A DNA stretch of 64,000 nucleotides from the human T2T-CHM13v2.0 reference genome, Homo sapiens. The notes beneath the pieces were generated by a model, which saw only the letters and a list, made by a program, of their open reading frames with translations, was not told the DNA's origin and ran no database searches. This document shows, in pieces, positions 1 through 55,109 of this stretch. A program made the position numbers and the translations under genes. The stretch lies in assembly GCF_009914755.1 (NCBI RefSeq), contig NC_060932.1; one strand, written 5' to 3'. Within the stretch, counting starts at the first letter, position 1. Each line of letters opens with the position of its first letter.

Positions 1-525
1 TAACACAGAAATGCTGGAAATGCATTATTGAAGACCGTATCTGATATCTGAGCTGTAATTAGGGATTTTGGTAATCATTTTTGGTTCTCTGGGAAGAGCA
101 TGCCCCCTTCTCTCATAAAACACATGCTTAATGTTTATTACTCAAAATTAACATTTTATATATGCTTCTGTTAACACATTATATTCAAAAGTAGTGTATA
201 AGTTGTGTATGTCTGTAAGTTAATTATTTTCATATATTCCACATAGTTCTTTGCATGAAATATTGATTTTTATCTTGTTTATATTTTCATTATCTTTATT
301 TTTAAAATGCATTCATTTATTAAATGTAGATATAGTAAAATTTTGTTAGGTTTTCTGTGTGAGGATAAAGTTAATGTGTAATTTATACAATGTTGAATGC
401 ATCAGTTCTCAAGATGATAGCAGCTTTTAATTTATAGATATAATACAAAATACATAATTTTAAGTAAATTGTTATTCTCGTGTATATCTTTGAATTAAAT
501 CATTGAAATATAAATCTTTTTTTAG

Positions 526-29220
<28,695 letters not shown>

Positions 29221-29240
29221 GCAGTTAAATTTTTTTAACT

Positions 29241-29246
29241 TTTATT
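29241..29246 (-). terminator. CCNE2 distal poly(A) signal (AATAAA on - strand)
   Basis: TTTATT on +, ~1.37 kb downstream of the CCNE2 stop; predicted cleavage near 29210-29228. Confidence 0.7.
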
Positions 29247-29265
29247 TTTTAAACAATGGGCTAAA

Positions 29266-29731
29266 AATAAACAGTATTAAAAGGTTAAGTTTATATAATA
29301 CATATGTACACAATTAGTGGTGTTTTCTTTTCAGACAAAATACTGAAACAAATATTAGTTTAAAAACAAACTATACAGAAGACTTCATACCGTAACAATA
29401 AATGTATAGTTTCTTCAAAGGGAGAAGAGATTCACATATCTGATAACAAAATAAACTAGCAATCTAGTTTTCTAATCTACTTTATGAGGCTGGATTTTTT
29501 TTTTAGAAAAGCTAATTTAAAATATTTAGAAATAGCTAGCCTATGTACAGCAAGTTTTCATGTCTTTTTTTAATAAATAGATTTCTAGGAGTCAGTATAT
29601 ATTTAATACTCTTCTTCCTTAAGAAAATAGAAGTTTAGGTCAAGTGTTAAGCTTTATCACTTTGACACTGTCCTTATCTCACAATGGAGGAATTTAGAAA
29701 GGACCTTAACAGTTTCACAAACATAAATAAA
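29266..29731 (+). terminator. Cluster of candidate INTS8 poly(A) signals
   Basis: AATAAA at 29266, 29397, 29450, 29572 and 29726 downstream of the stop; which are used cannot be read from sequence. Confidence 0.55.
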
Positions 29732-30617
29732 GCCTTAGTCACACTAAATTAAAAAAAAAAATTCCTTAGGGATATCTTAGAGTAGTAAAGTGACTTCCTC
29801 ATATAAATAGTTTGAAAGGGTACTTAAGTTTTTCACCCAAATTGTGATATACAAAAAGGTTATTACCAAGCAACCTACATGTCAAGAAAGCCCCAGTTAG
29901 GAAGGAGCCACAGCATTTATCTTGTTTATAATTTCTTTGGTACTCCCACTGTTTAGAGCACAGGTTGAACACCATGTTCATCTAAGCCTTATTAGTTAAA
30001 AAATGTGTTATGGCAAGGCAAATAAACTAGTTTAAAAAACATTAAATTTCACCATTTGTAGAAATTCAAGTTTTATAATAGCTTGCTATAGCAGCTATAG
30101 ATAAATTAGTCACCTTATTACAAAACTAAACCTTTGTAAACAAGTTTAAATTTAATTTTCAAGAACCAAATTGCACTAGTCAAGAGTGTAGGAATTTTGA
30201 GAATCTAACAACTAGATTCAAAGTACTGTATCACTTAGTATACCCTTTAAGGTAGCACTTATCCAGTCCAAAACTCCAGTGACAAAATTCCTAGTTTATC
30301 AAGATAAACACAGTAACACTGGATTAAAGGAAAAACATTGCTATGGTATAGACTGTGGTTGGCTTCTATCCAGTAACCTTGGGAATGAAGACATCTTTGT
30401 AAACAAGTCCTGCTGTTTCTTTAACAGCTAACATAGGAAATAATTAAATGTATTCTTTAGTGCCAATTGTAAGTTTTAAAATCAGAATGGCAGTGTAACT
30501 TGTGAATTGGCTAGGGCAATCAATCACAGCACTACTTTCTGTAAAACTTTAGTAGTTCAGTGATACCAGTTCTACCCAATCTTGGTGAATTCCAACTTGT
30601 TTGCTTAGTTATCTTCT

Positions 30618-43189
<12,572 letters not shown>

Positions 43190-43203
<14 letters not shown>

Positions 43204-43229
43204 TCTCTTCTTTCAGGTGTATAAAACCT
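43190..43229 (-). CDS. CCNE2: CCNE2 exon 2 (5' UTR plus ATG at 43203-43201; coding 43190-43203)
   Basis: cccttcag|AGG...AGA ATG TCA AGA CGA AG|gtaaca. Confidence 0.9.
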
Positions 43230-43645
43230 CTGAAGGGGGGAGAGGAAAAGCCGCAGTCAAGTACATTGTCATTCACATTCTCCAAGTGCCAGTAAGACGC
43301 TGATTCGGAGGTGAAAGCTCAGTCCCTCCGAAGGGGGCCTGGGCCCTGTGACCCTGCCATCTTCTGTGCTATGTTAGCTAGCTCATGGTAATTCATTTTG
43401 GATACAAGCCTGCATTTCCTCAACTGAATGTACAGCTGGAACGCGAGTGTCCAAAAATTTACCAAGCACTCCTGACACCTTGAACGCGCAGGGAGGCACA
43501 TCTTCCTCAAACGGGTTTTTCTGGGTCCTCCACCCTCTCCCCCGTACGCCGGGAGTGGGGCTTGGGCAGCGCCCCCACGTCCCGCCTCCCTCCTGGACCA
43601 GCGGGGAGAGGGGGTTGTGGAGGCGAAATGCTGTGGAGAAGCCGG

Positions 43646-43656
43646 TTCCGCGCCAA
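43646..43656 (-). promoter_or_regulatory. E2F-type site in CCNE2 intron 1
   Basis: TTGGCGCGGAA on - strand; cyclin E genes are established E2F targets. Confidence 0.5.
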
Positions 43657-44158
43657 TTTGGAGAGCGGCGGTGGCGGGGAAGCAGGGGGCGGAGGAACCA
43701 AGACTGGTGTCACGGCCTCCAGTCTCCTTTCCCTCCTTCCCGGCCCTGCCGCCCTACCGCCGCTCGGAGGGGCGCCGGGACCCCAACTCCAGATGGGAAG
43801 CGGAGGGCGTGGGGGAGGGCAGGAAAAGGAGCTAAAGAAAGGGGAGACTGGGCTGGCTGGGAACTTTTCTCCCCATGGAGGGGACCCGGCCTCCCATCCT
43901 CTCTCCCACGGGATAGCTCCCCAAATGAGGGTGGGATAGAGAAGCCCCTAGAATGAGGGGCGGCTCTCCATGCCCAGCCGCTTTCCGGTCCCCTGCCAAG
44001 GTTCCTGACAGGGACGGAACGCGGGAACCCATGACCCCCAGTCGTCTAGTTCTCAGCCCTCCCGATTTTCCTCCCTGAGGCTCCCGCCTGTGGTAAGTGA
44101 TCGGCCCAACTGGGCTTTCTTTCCTCCCACATCCCCCCTACGCGCAGCAACTCCTCAC

Positions 44159-44185
44159 CGCCAGACCAGCTACCGCTCGGCTCAG
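44159..44185 (-). other. CCNE2: CCNE2 non-coding exon 1 (5' end approximate)
   Basis: Donor GCG|gtgagg at 44159/44158, starting ~25-30 nt downstream of a TATA box. Confidence 0.7.
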
Positions 44186-44245
44186 CTGGCGCCGGCGCCA
44201 ACCCAATATATAGGCCGGGCCGGTCCCGCCCCGCACGCATGCGCC
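44186..44245 (-). promoter_or_regulatory. CCNE2 core promoter: TATA, E2F-like site, GC box, NRF1-like site
   Basis: TATATAT 44212-44206; TTGGCGCC 44201-44194; GGGGCGGG 44232-44225; GCGCATGCG 44244-44236. Confidence 0.7.
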
Positions 44246-44749
44246 TCAGACTGACACCTCCGGACAGCGCGCTCCCCTCTCCCGCCCGTCCGCCCGCGTG
44301 CCCGCGCGCCGCGCCCTGCTCTCAGTGCGCGCCCGCCACCCGGAGCGGCCGTGGGGTCCACTCTACCGGGCCTTCTGCCCGCGTCCACCGCGCTCCACGG
44401 CGCGGCCGGCGGCGGTAGGGAAACTCTCAGGGGCTCCTTCTCCGCGGCTGTTCTCCCCGCCGCCTGGCTCGCGCATCTCCCGCCAGTTTGCTTTTGCTTC
44501 CTCCCACTGCAACTCCTGGATTTCGGGGGTGTCAGCCTGCGGCTCAGCCCGGGCGCATAACAGGGGGACACGACTCGGGCGACCATAGGGTGGCTGGGAA
44601 GTGACCGTCCAGGGGCGCGCCCTAGCTGTCCCGCCAAGGCCTCAGGGAACCCAGGTCTTTCCTGAGCGACGCGGGGACCCGAGGGCCCGCCCCTCGGGGA
44701 GGAGCAAAGCGTTGGCTGAAGAGCTGGCCAATGGGAGGCACGGGCGGCA

Positions 44750-44909
44750 GCACAACGTGGAGTGGCTGCAGAATGTAAACACCACTCAGCCACGCGCCTG
44801 GCCAAGTGCGGCTCTGCTCTGCCCAGTCCCGTTCCGCGACCACCCGGAGCCCGCTCCGCCGGCCTTGCGCTGCGCGCCCAGGGAAGGCATTTCCAGCCCG
44901 CCCACCCAG
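44750..44909 (+). other. Divergent + strand first exon candidate (possibly a far-upstream NDUFAF6 leader exon; start approximate)
   Basis: CCAAT at 44728-44732, strong donor CCCAG|gtatgt at 44909/44910; NDUFAF6 link is recalled, not seen in the window. Confidence 0.5.
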
Positions 44910-47004
44910 GTATGTATCAACCCTGCTTTCCGGCTCCCTGCTCCCCCTACCGGGTTTCCCTCCCCATGGGTCGGTCGCTCCCCCAACCCGCCGCTCTGCC
45001 CCTGCAGTGGCCTCCAGCTGCCACCCCGCAGTCCCCGCGCAGGAAACGCTCGCGCCACGCCGCGCCCTCCCTTGCTTCCTCTCTTCTCCACCTCCAATTC
45101 CGGGATCCCAGAGGGTAAAACCCCTCTCCGGAGCGGGGCCCGGGAACGGCATTCCTCCTCCCCCTGAGCGCGGTGGTCCCCGGGGACCTGGCCGGGTGGG
45201 AAGAAAGATCGCCACCACGTGCAGGCCCCGGGCCCGCCTGCCGCGCCCCGCCCCGCCGCCGCCGCCAGCGCGCCCTGCGGAGCCCGCGCGAGTCGGCAGC
45301 GCGGGAGGGCGCCGTTCGCGCCCGAGCGCTGTTGGGAGGAGGGGGGCCCGACGCTCTTCCTTTATCCTTCCCCGGGTGTTTAAACTTAGGGGTCCCTTCG
45401 CTGCCTCTATGAATGCCCCCACAACTGGCGCACCCCAAAACTGCACATCGTCAAGTCAGACTTGCGGCGGGTATTCCGCAAACAGGTTTTGCGGCGGGAG
45501 CAGCGAGGCGGGGAACAGCTCCGGGAACAAAGATCCCCCGGGTGGAGGAGCAGTGCGAAGGCGTCTCGGAACCCGCGGTAGCTCGGGCGGGCCGCGTCTG
45601 CCCAGGCCCTGAGCGAGCCGGACGGCGAGCGGGCCGCGCCGGGGAGACGGAGCCTCGCGGGCGGGAGCCCTTCCCGAGATGCACCGGGAGGCGGCGCCCG
45701 GCGACCCCCGCTCCCGCCCGGCCTTTTGTGCTGCGCCGCTCGAGCGCGCTTGAGGCCCGGGAAATAGCCGCCGCCGGATGGGCGCTTTGGGGCGGGCGAA
45801 GTCCTTTTTCACACTTTTTCGATTCTTCGTCTCGTGACGCCGGCAAAATAATTCTCTCCCTAATTTACCTGTAGGAGCTTTGCCCAAGGTGACAGCATCA
45901 GGAGAAGCCCATGCCTTGTCAGTCCCAAGAAACTTTCTGCCATTTCTAACGCTTAGGATGGCTCTCGGCGGGGCAGAAGTTGCCTCCCTTTTGCAGTCAC
46001 TCAAAACGCAGTTAGCGGTATAGCTAGCTTAAAGGTCTAACAGCATGATGTCAAGAAAAGGGGTCAGGGGTCTCCCAACAAGGGTCACCTGATCGTAAGC
46101 AGAACTGGTGGCCCTCGTGGTTGAATTTGATAAAATATACTGAAAACCAGTATGTCGAGTAACGTTTGTGGGAATCATCTTTGAATGATGAATGTATGCT
46201 CAGTACTGAGTTAACTAGTAAATTGATTTTAAAAGACACTGCTCTTATAAACGTTCTTTCCATACCCTTGACTATTATGTGAACAGAATGCAATCATAGT
46301 AAAGGAGAAATTAGAAAATTCCAAGACGTCTTTGTGTGGAAAGGAATAGAGTGAATTCTCCCATATTACAGATACCTGGTCAATAGACAAGTGGGTCTGT
46401 TAAAAAAAGAGAAAATAAAGGGTAGGGGGCGGGTATGTTTGTTTTTAGCTTGCTCTTTTCCTACTTATCCGTTTTAAAATTCACCTAAAGTATATTTCCC
46501 CTATTGTACATGTAAAGTTAAAACACCATGGTAAATAAACTGTTGGCCTCTACCATGCTTCTCTGGGGTAACTATTTTGATTGCTCCGACATTCATTTTC
46601 AGGAGGAAAAAACCCCAGAAGATGCTTGGAGGCACAGGCTTAAAAAAAAAAATTCAGGCTTAGCCCACCCATTTCTTTATTCTGTGCCTTTTTTTTTTTT
46701 TTTTTGTATATCTCCTCTGTCGAAGCTTCACAGATCCTTTTCCCTGTGCTACAGTTATGCTCATCTTACAGGACAAAAATTACTTATTTAAATGTCTTTT
46801 ATTTCCAACTCGACCTCGGAAATTGTTTTGTTCATCTTTTTATAGCCAGTATTCAGCAGTTCAAAGGCATATATAGTAGGACTTGGGTAAATGCTGATTT
46901 GAATTGTATGTAGGATATCCCATTATAGAATTTTAGGTCTCTAGGTTACCATGATGGATGATAGACGGATGGTGGAATTATTCCCAATAAATACCAGGCT
47001 TTTA

Positions 47005-47875
47005 AAAACATTAATAGACTTTATTTTTTAGAACAGTTTTAAAGAAAAATTGAGCAGGTGGAACAGGACTTCCATATACTCACTCCCCTCTCCCACCCAC
47101 CACACATGCACAGTTTCCCCTGTTATTGACATCTTATAGTATGGCATATTTATTACCCTATGATGTGTTTGCTATTTAATGAATCAATGTCGATGTGTTA
47201 TTATTAACTAAAGTCCATACTTTATTCCTATGTCTTTAGTTTTTACCTAATATCTTTTTATTGCTCTAGGATCTCGTCCAGGATACCCATCACATTTAGA
47301 TGTCATGTCTTAGGTTCCTCTTGGCCATGGCAGTTTCTCAGACTTTTGTTTTGATGACCTTAACAGTTTTGAGGAGTGCTGGTCAAGTATTTTGTAGGCT
47401 AACCATGCGACAAAAACATCAGATGAATTCCGGTAGACGAGTTGACTGGGGTTATGGGTTTGGGGAGGAAGATCATAGAGATAAAGTACCATTTTCATCA
47501 CATCATACTAAGAGTTCATACCGACATCATGATTTATTACTGTTGATGTTGATCTTGACCGCTTGGCTGAGGTAATGTTTGTCAGGTTTCTCCATTGTAA
47601 AATTACTCTTTTTCCTCCCTTTCCATACTGTGCTCTTTGGAAGGAAGTCACTGTGTGCAGCCCACACCTAAGGAGTGAGGAGTGATCTTTTTTAGGGTGA
47701 AGTATCTGTATTATTTTAATTTATTCTGCATTAGAGATTTGTCTCTTTTTCCCCATTCATTAACTTAGTCATTTATTCCTATCAGTATGCACTCATGGAT
47801 ATTCGTTTTATAATTTGAATTATAATTCAATAATACTTTATCTTGTTGGTCAGATTGTTCAAAACTTTCACCAAG
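47005..47875 (-). mobile_element. L1MC-like 3' fragment
   Basis: ATAGACTTTATTTTTTAGAACAGTTTT..TTATTAACTAAAGTCCATACTTTATT..GGAAGGAAGTCACTGTGTGCAGCCCACAC. Confidence 0.75.
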
Positions 47876-48038
47876 GTATTTTTCATACGTTTTTATTGTC
47901 ATGAGACTCATTTGAAGCTAAGCAAAAATGAATGGTGCTTAATAATAGTATTTCTCATGTAACAAGAAAGGAATAAAACATTTTCTTCCCATTTAATGAA
48001 ACTTGCTTATCCTTCATGCTTATCTAAAACATACATAA

Positions 48039-48215
<177 letters not shown>

Positions 48216-49859
48216 TTAAAAACAATTTTATTGTTAAACAAATACATTTTACTGTAAGATAGTTTTGACTTCACATTCTACTTTGAAGCGTCATTGAGAC
48301 CTCTAGATGTCCACAGAACACACTTTGAGAACTGCATACATAGTTGCCCAAACCAGAATCCTGGGAGTGAACTTAGTCATTCCTTTTTTCTTCTTTTCTG
48401 AGCTTCATAATCATAGTTAATATTTCCTGGGTAAGATAATGTGCTAGGCTGTACCCCAAGCCTTCACATACTATTAACTCCTTCAATCTTCCACCAACAC
48501 TATGAGACAGGTGCTAATGACTGTCATTCCTGGTTTATAAATGAGGAAGCTGAGGCACAAGTGTAGTTTGCCTAAGATCCACAGTAGAGTCTGACTCCAG
48601 CTCACCTGTGCTGTGCTGCCTCCATTTATCACCAAATTCCTTTCTCTTCTGTTCCCAAGTCATTTCCACATTCATGCTTTATTTCCCTCTGCCTTAGTTC
48701 AGGACACCATTCTCTCTTCAGTGCAATACTCTTCTAACTGGTTTTCCTGACATGCATTGCCTCTTGCAGTCTGCCTTCCAACCTGTTGCCAAACTGCCCT
48801 TCCAAAGCACAGATGCCACTCCTTAAAACCTTTCTGTACCTCCGCTTGGATTAACAGTCAAACCCCAAAACTTAAACACACAAGACCTCTTGCGCCCAGG
48901 AGATCCCCCTACATGGAGCTGTCCACATCCCCTGTCCTTCTCACCTTGGGACCTTGGCACCTGCACCTCATTCTCCCCACCTCCATTGCCTTTCCCCAGC
49001 TAGATCCCATTTATTCATTAATACTCAAACACTGCCTTTTCTAGAAAGCTGTCTTGCCCTGTTCTGAAGTAGGACTTTCCTTTGTAGCACCTCTTCTCCA
49101 ACTTATGCTTGCCTCTACCCCTGCTTGTCTCTGCCAGGCTGTAGGGAGCCCCTGGGGACAGGGGCTGTCTCTTTCAGGGCTGGCCTGGGGCCTGGTGGAC
49201 CGCAACCCTCTTTGTGGGATAAATGGAGGGGAGGGGGCAGAGGTGTGCTCTCGGTGGGGGGCCCTTGGAACCTAACTCCAGGGAACAGTCCCTTGAAAGA
49301 GTTTTGCAGCTGGCACCTTGGAGGGCTCAGCAGGGTGGCAGCAGAGCACTGCCCTCTGCTCCTGAGCTCTGAGGACACCAGAGGCACCAGGGAGTCTAGG
49401 TAGATGAGCCTCTGGCTCTGCCAGTGCTGCACTTGGCTGCCACCTCAGAGGGAGGGCCCTTAAAAAGGAAGGCATTGTAGATTGTGAGACGTAGACAGCG
49501 CACCTCAGAGATGGTCAGTTCAGCTCCTTCATGATTCCTGAAACTCCACAGTGAGGAGAGAGAACAGAAAAGTCCGGCAGTGATGGAAATCCAGAAGCTC
49601 TGGGAGGTTGGAGTAGGCGGGAGGGCACAGAGTGCTCTGGGCGGGGCCCTGCTCTCCACTGAGGAGGATATGGAAGTCACCAAGAAACACTGTTCTCTGT
49701 CCCCAGAGCTTGAGTTCTGTTGGACTGGGGAACAGAGGATAAATGTGGAACGGATAACTATTGTTAAGCATGATGCAAAATATAAGATGATATGGCAGAG
49801 GGGACTGCAGGGGCGGGGAGTGATCTGGGGAGGACTCACAGAGGAGGTGACATTTTATT

Positions 49860-51232
<1,373 letters not shown>

Positions 51233-51632
51233 CTAAAAAACAAAAAAACAAAAACAAAAATTAGCTTGGTGTGGTGACCCATGCCTGTAATTCCAGTCAC
51301 TCCGGAAGCTAAGGCACAAGAATTGCTTGAACCCAGGAGGTGGACATTGCAGTGAGCCCAGATCATGCCATTGCACTCCAGCCTGGGTGACAGAGTGAGG
51401 CCCTGTCTCAAAAAAAAAAAAAAAAGATATAAATCTCAGGTATATAATCTTAATAAATAGACTTGTGTAACCCAAACTCTTATCAAGTTGTGGAACATTA
51501 CCACCACAGTGTTTTTTAATTTCATTCATGTTGTTGAATGTATCAGTACTTTGCTCCTTTTTGTTGCTTAGTATTCCATTGTATGGATATGCTACACTTT
51601 GTTATTTTTTAATTATTAGCTATTGTGAATAA

Positions 51633-51884
<252 letters not shown>

Positions 51885-52995
51885 TGACGTTTCACCATGT
51901 TGGCCAGGCTGGTCTCAAACTCCTGACATCAGGTGATCCACCTGCCTCGGCCTCAAAGTGCTGGGATTACAGGCGTGAGCCACTGTGCCCAGCCTGTATT
52001 CATTTCTTTTGAACATATACCTAAGAGTGGAATTGTGAGGTCACAGGGTAGGTATATATTTTATTTTGAGAACTAATAGGGGCTGGGTGCAGTGGCTCAC
52101 ACTTATAATCCCAGCACTTTGGGAGGTGGAAACAGGAGGATCGATTGAGCCTAGGAGTTCGAGACCACCCTGGGCAACCCTGGCTCCACAAAAAATAAAG
52201 AAGTTAGCTGGGTGTGGTGGTGTGCCCCTGTGGCCCTAGCTACTCAGGAGGCTCAGGTGGAGGATCACTTGAGCCCAGGAGGTCGAGGCTGCAGTGAGCT
52301 GAGATTGTACCACTGCACTCTAGCCTGGGCAACAGAGAGAGACCCTGTCTCGAAAAAAACAAAGAAAACAACAACAACAAAACTGTCATAGTTAAAATGA
52401 AGTACAGCCATGTGTATCAACCGGGATAAATCTCAGAAACAATGTTTTTCAAAAACAAAAGCAAATTATAGGTCACATTCAATATGATACCATTTATATA
52501 AAATTTGAAAGCATGTAATACAAATTACAGTAGTTGTAGATACATACTTACGCAGTAATAGCATAAAAGCGTGCTTCACCAAAGTAGCCATCAATTTCAG
52601 GACAGTGGCATCTTGGGTTCGGGGGGAGTTTATAATAGGCTTCAGCTATATCTGTAACATTTGTATTTCCTTAAAAGCATTTGAAACAAGTAGGGTAAAA
52701 TGTTAATAGTTAATAAACTGAGTGATGGATGCACAGAGATTAATCTCTACTTTTTGGTTCTCTAGTTGGTAACTTGTTAGTTTTTAAGGCGCTGTTTCTG
52801 AACTATTTACTCACTCCTCCCCACCCTGTCAACCCCTGCTTCTGTAGGTAATTGATGCTAGGCTGAACCAGGATGTGTGGGGCAGGCAGCACTGTCCTTT
52901 CCCACTCCTGTGCCTCTCTCTTCTTAGAGACCCAGGGCAGAGGGATCCTGTGGACAAAGAGCACCTCTGACCTGCCCCTGGCTCCCTAGTCTTGA

Positions 52996-53371
<376 letters not shown>

Positions 53372-53774
53372 TAGCCAGGATGGTCTCGATCTCCTGACCT
53401 CGTGATCTGCCCGCCTCGGCCTCCCAAAGTGCTGGGATTAGAGGTGTGAGCCACCGCGCCTGGCCTGAACCATGTTTTAAAATAATTTGTTCTGTTCCAT
53501 TGTTTTTCTTCAGAGACTCTAACTTTATGCAGTTTCATTTGCCTGTCACTTCTCTAATGATTTTAAGTTTCTATTTTTTACTTTTCTTGATTCTGTTCTT
53601 TATGTCTTCCACGGTATCTTTCACAGTAGTGTCTCTTCTCCCTTGTGTTCCTTGTCATTTGTTTTTTGTTTGTTTGTTTGTTTTTTGCAGTGTTTCTGTA
53701 TTTCTTTCCTGTTTCTTTCCTAAAGCAGTTTTTAATGTCCAGGCTCCTTTTTCATGCCCTCCCATGGTTTGTCA

Positions 53775-54176
<402 letters not shown>

Positions 54177-55005
54177 CTATGTCTCAAGAAAAAAAAATTT
54201 TTTTCTTCTTCTTTGTGGCAGGATTTTTTGGATGAGTTTTCTTTCTGCAGGGAGGAAGTTTTGCCACTCCTTTTCAGGTTTTTTTTTTTTTTCTGGGAGA
54301 ACCTTTTGTGGATTTTAAAAATCATTTATTTTTTGACGGGTCGGATTTTTCTGAGGCAACAGTTAGCAAGTGAGTCCTGTGATGTGAGAGGGGAGGCAGC
54401 TTTCCTTGATTCTCAGCTCGAGGGCTCCCTCCTCTGTTGTAGTGAGAGGCCTACTGTTTACTGAATGGCATCTCTGTGTAGCCAGACCTCCTCTGACTTT
54501 AGGATCCTAACCTCACTTGGGTGGGTTTCACCAAGCCCAGAGCTTCCCTGGTCCTTCCCCAGCCACTGATTCGGAGGCATCCTGCCCCTTCCTACCAAGG
54601 TACTCCTCTGTCTCTTGGAAGCTGCACTTCCCAAAGCTACCTGGGTGCCCTCTAGGCACTCTGGTGATTTCCTTCTTCCTCTCCTAGTGTTCTTGCCCTC
54701 TTCCTTCTTGGTCCTGCTTATAGTGGTTCTCATCCAGGGTGAGTCTTCTCCTCTTGGGGTTGAATTTCCCTGGGGATGGCTGGGATCCACCACCAGCTGG
54801 ACTGCTGTGCAGTTTCTGGTGTTTCCTATGGCACCTGCCCACACGTTGTAGATTACTGTGCTGGTTTGGGGGTGACGCCACACACAATGTGAAATTTGTA
54901 AACTTTGTCACTTCCTCATTTCACCGAAGATACAGTTTGTAGGTGTTTCACACTTTCATTCTTGTTGCCCTGTAGATTTTTTAAAAAATTGTTTATATTT
55001 TTTCA

Positions 55006-55109
55006 TGTCAGATAGGTAATGTACCAGCATCATAACAAGGTTCAAGGGTGGCACATCTCACACGTGCACGTGAACACCTAGTCATCATGTTTATGAACTC
55101 CAAAGGATC
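55006..55109 (-). pseudogene. U13 (SNORD13) box C/D snoRNA retrocopy
   Basis: - strand ATCCTTTGGAGTTCAT...TGATGA...GTGTGAGATGTGCCACCCTTGAACCTTGTT...CTGAC then A-rich tail; degenerate TSD 54967-54978/55110-55121. Confidence 0.88.

Larger units (their letters stand above)
29222..30617 (-). other. CCNE2: CCNE2 3' UTR (~1.4 kb, repeat-free, AU-rich, many miRNA seed matches)
   Basis: Between stop (30618) and AATAAA; 8mer seeds for miR-30 (30135, 30398), miR-34/449 (30488), miR-9 (29934), miR-141/200a (30314). Confidence 0.75.
43440..45850. promoter_or_regulatory. CpG island, probably bidirectional promoter
   Basis: Abrupt GC- and CpG-rich, repeat-free block against AT-rich flanks; spans the CCNE2 TSS. 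Confidence 0.92.

Noticed and set aside
43447-46004. Long overlapping Pro/Arg/Gly/Ala-rich ORFs (up to 274 aa) on both strands
   Set aside because: Expected from stop-codon scarcity in a CpG island; no recognisable domain
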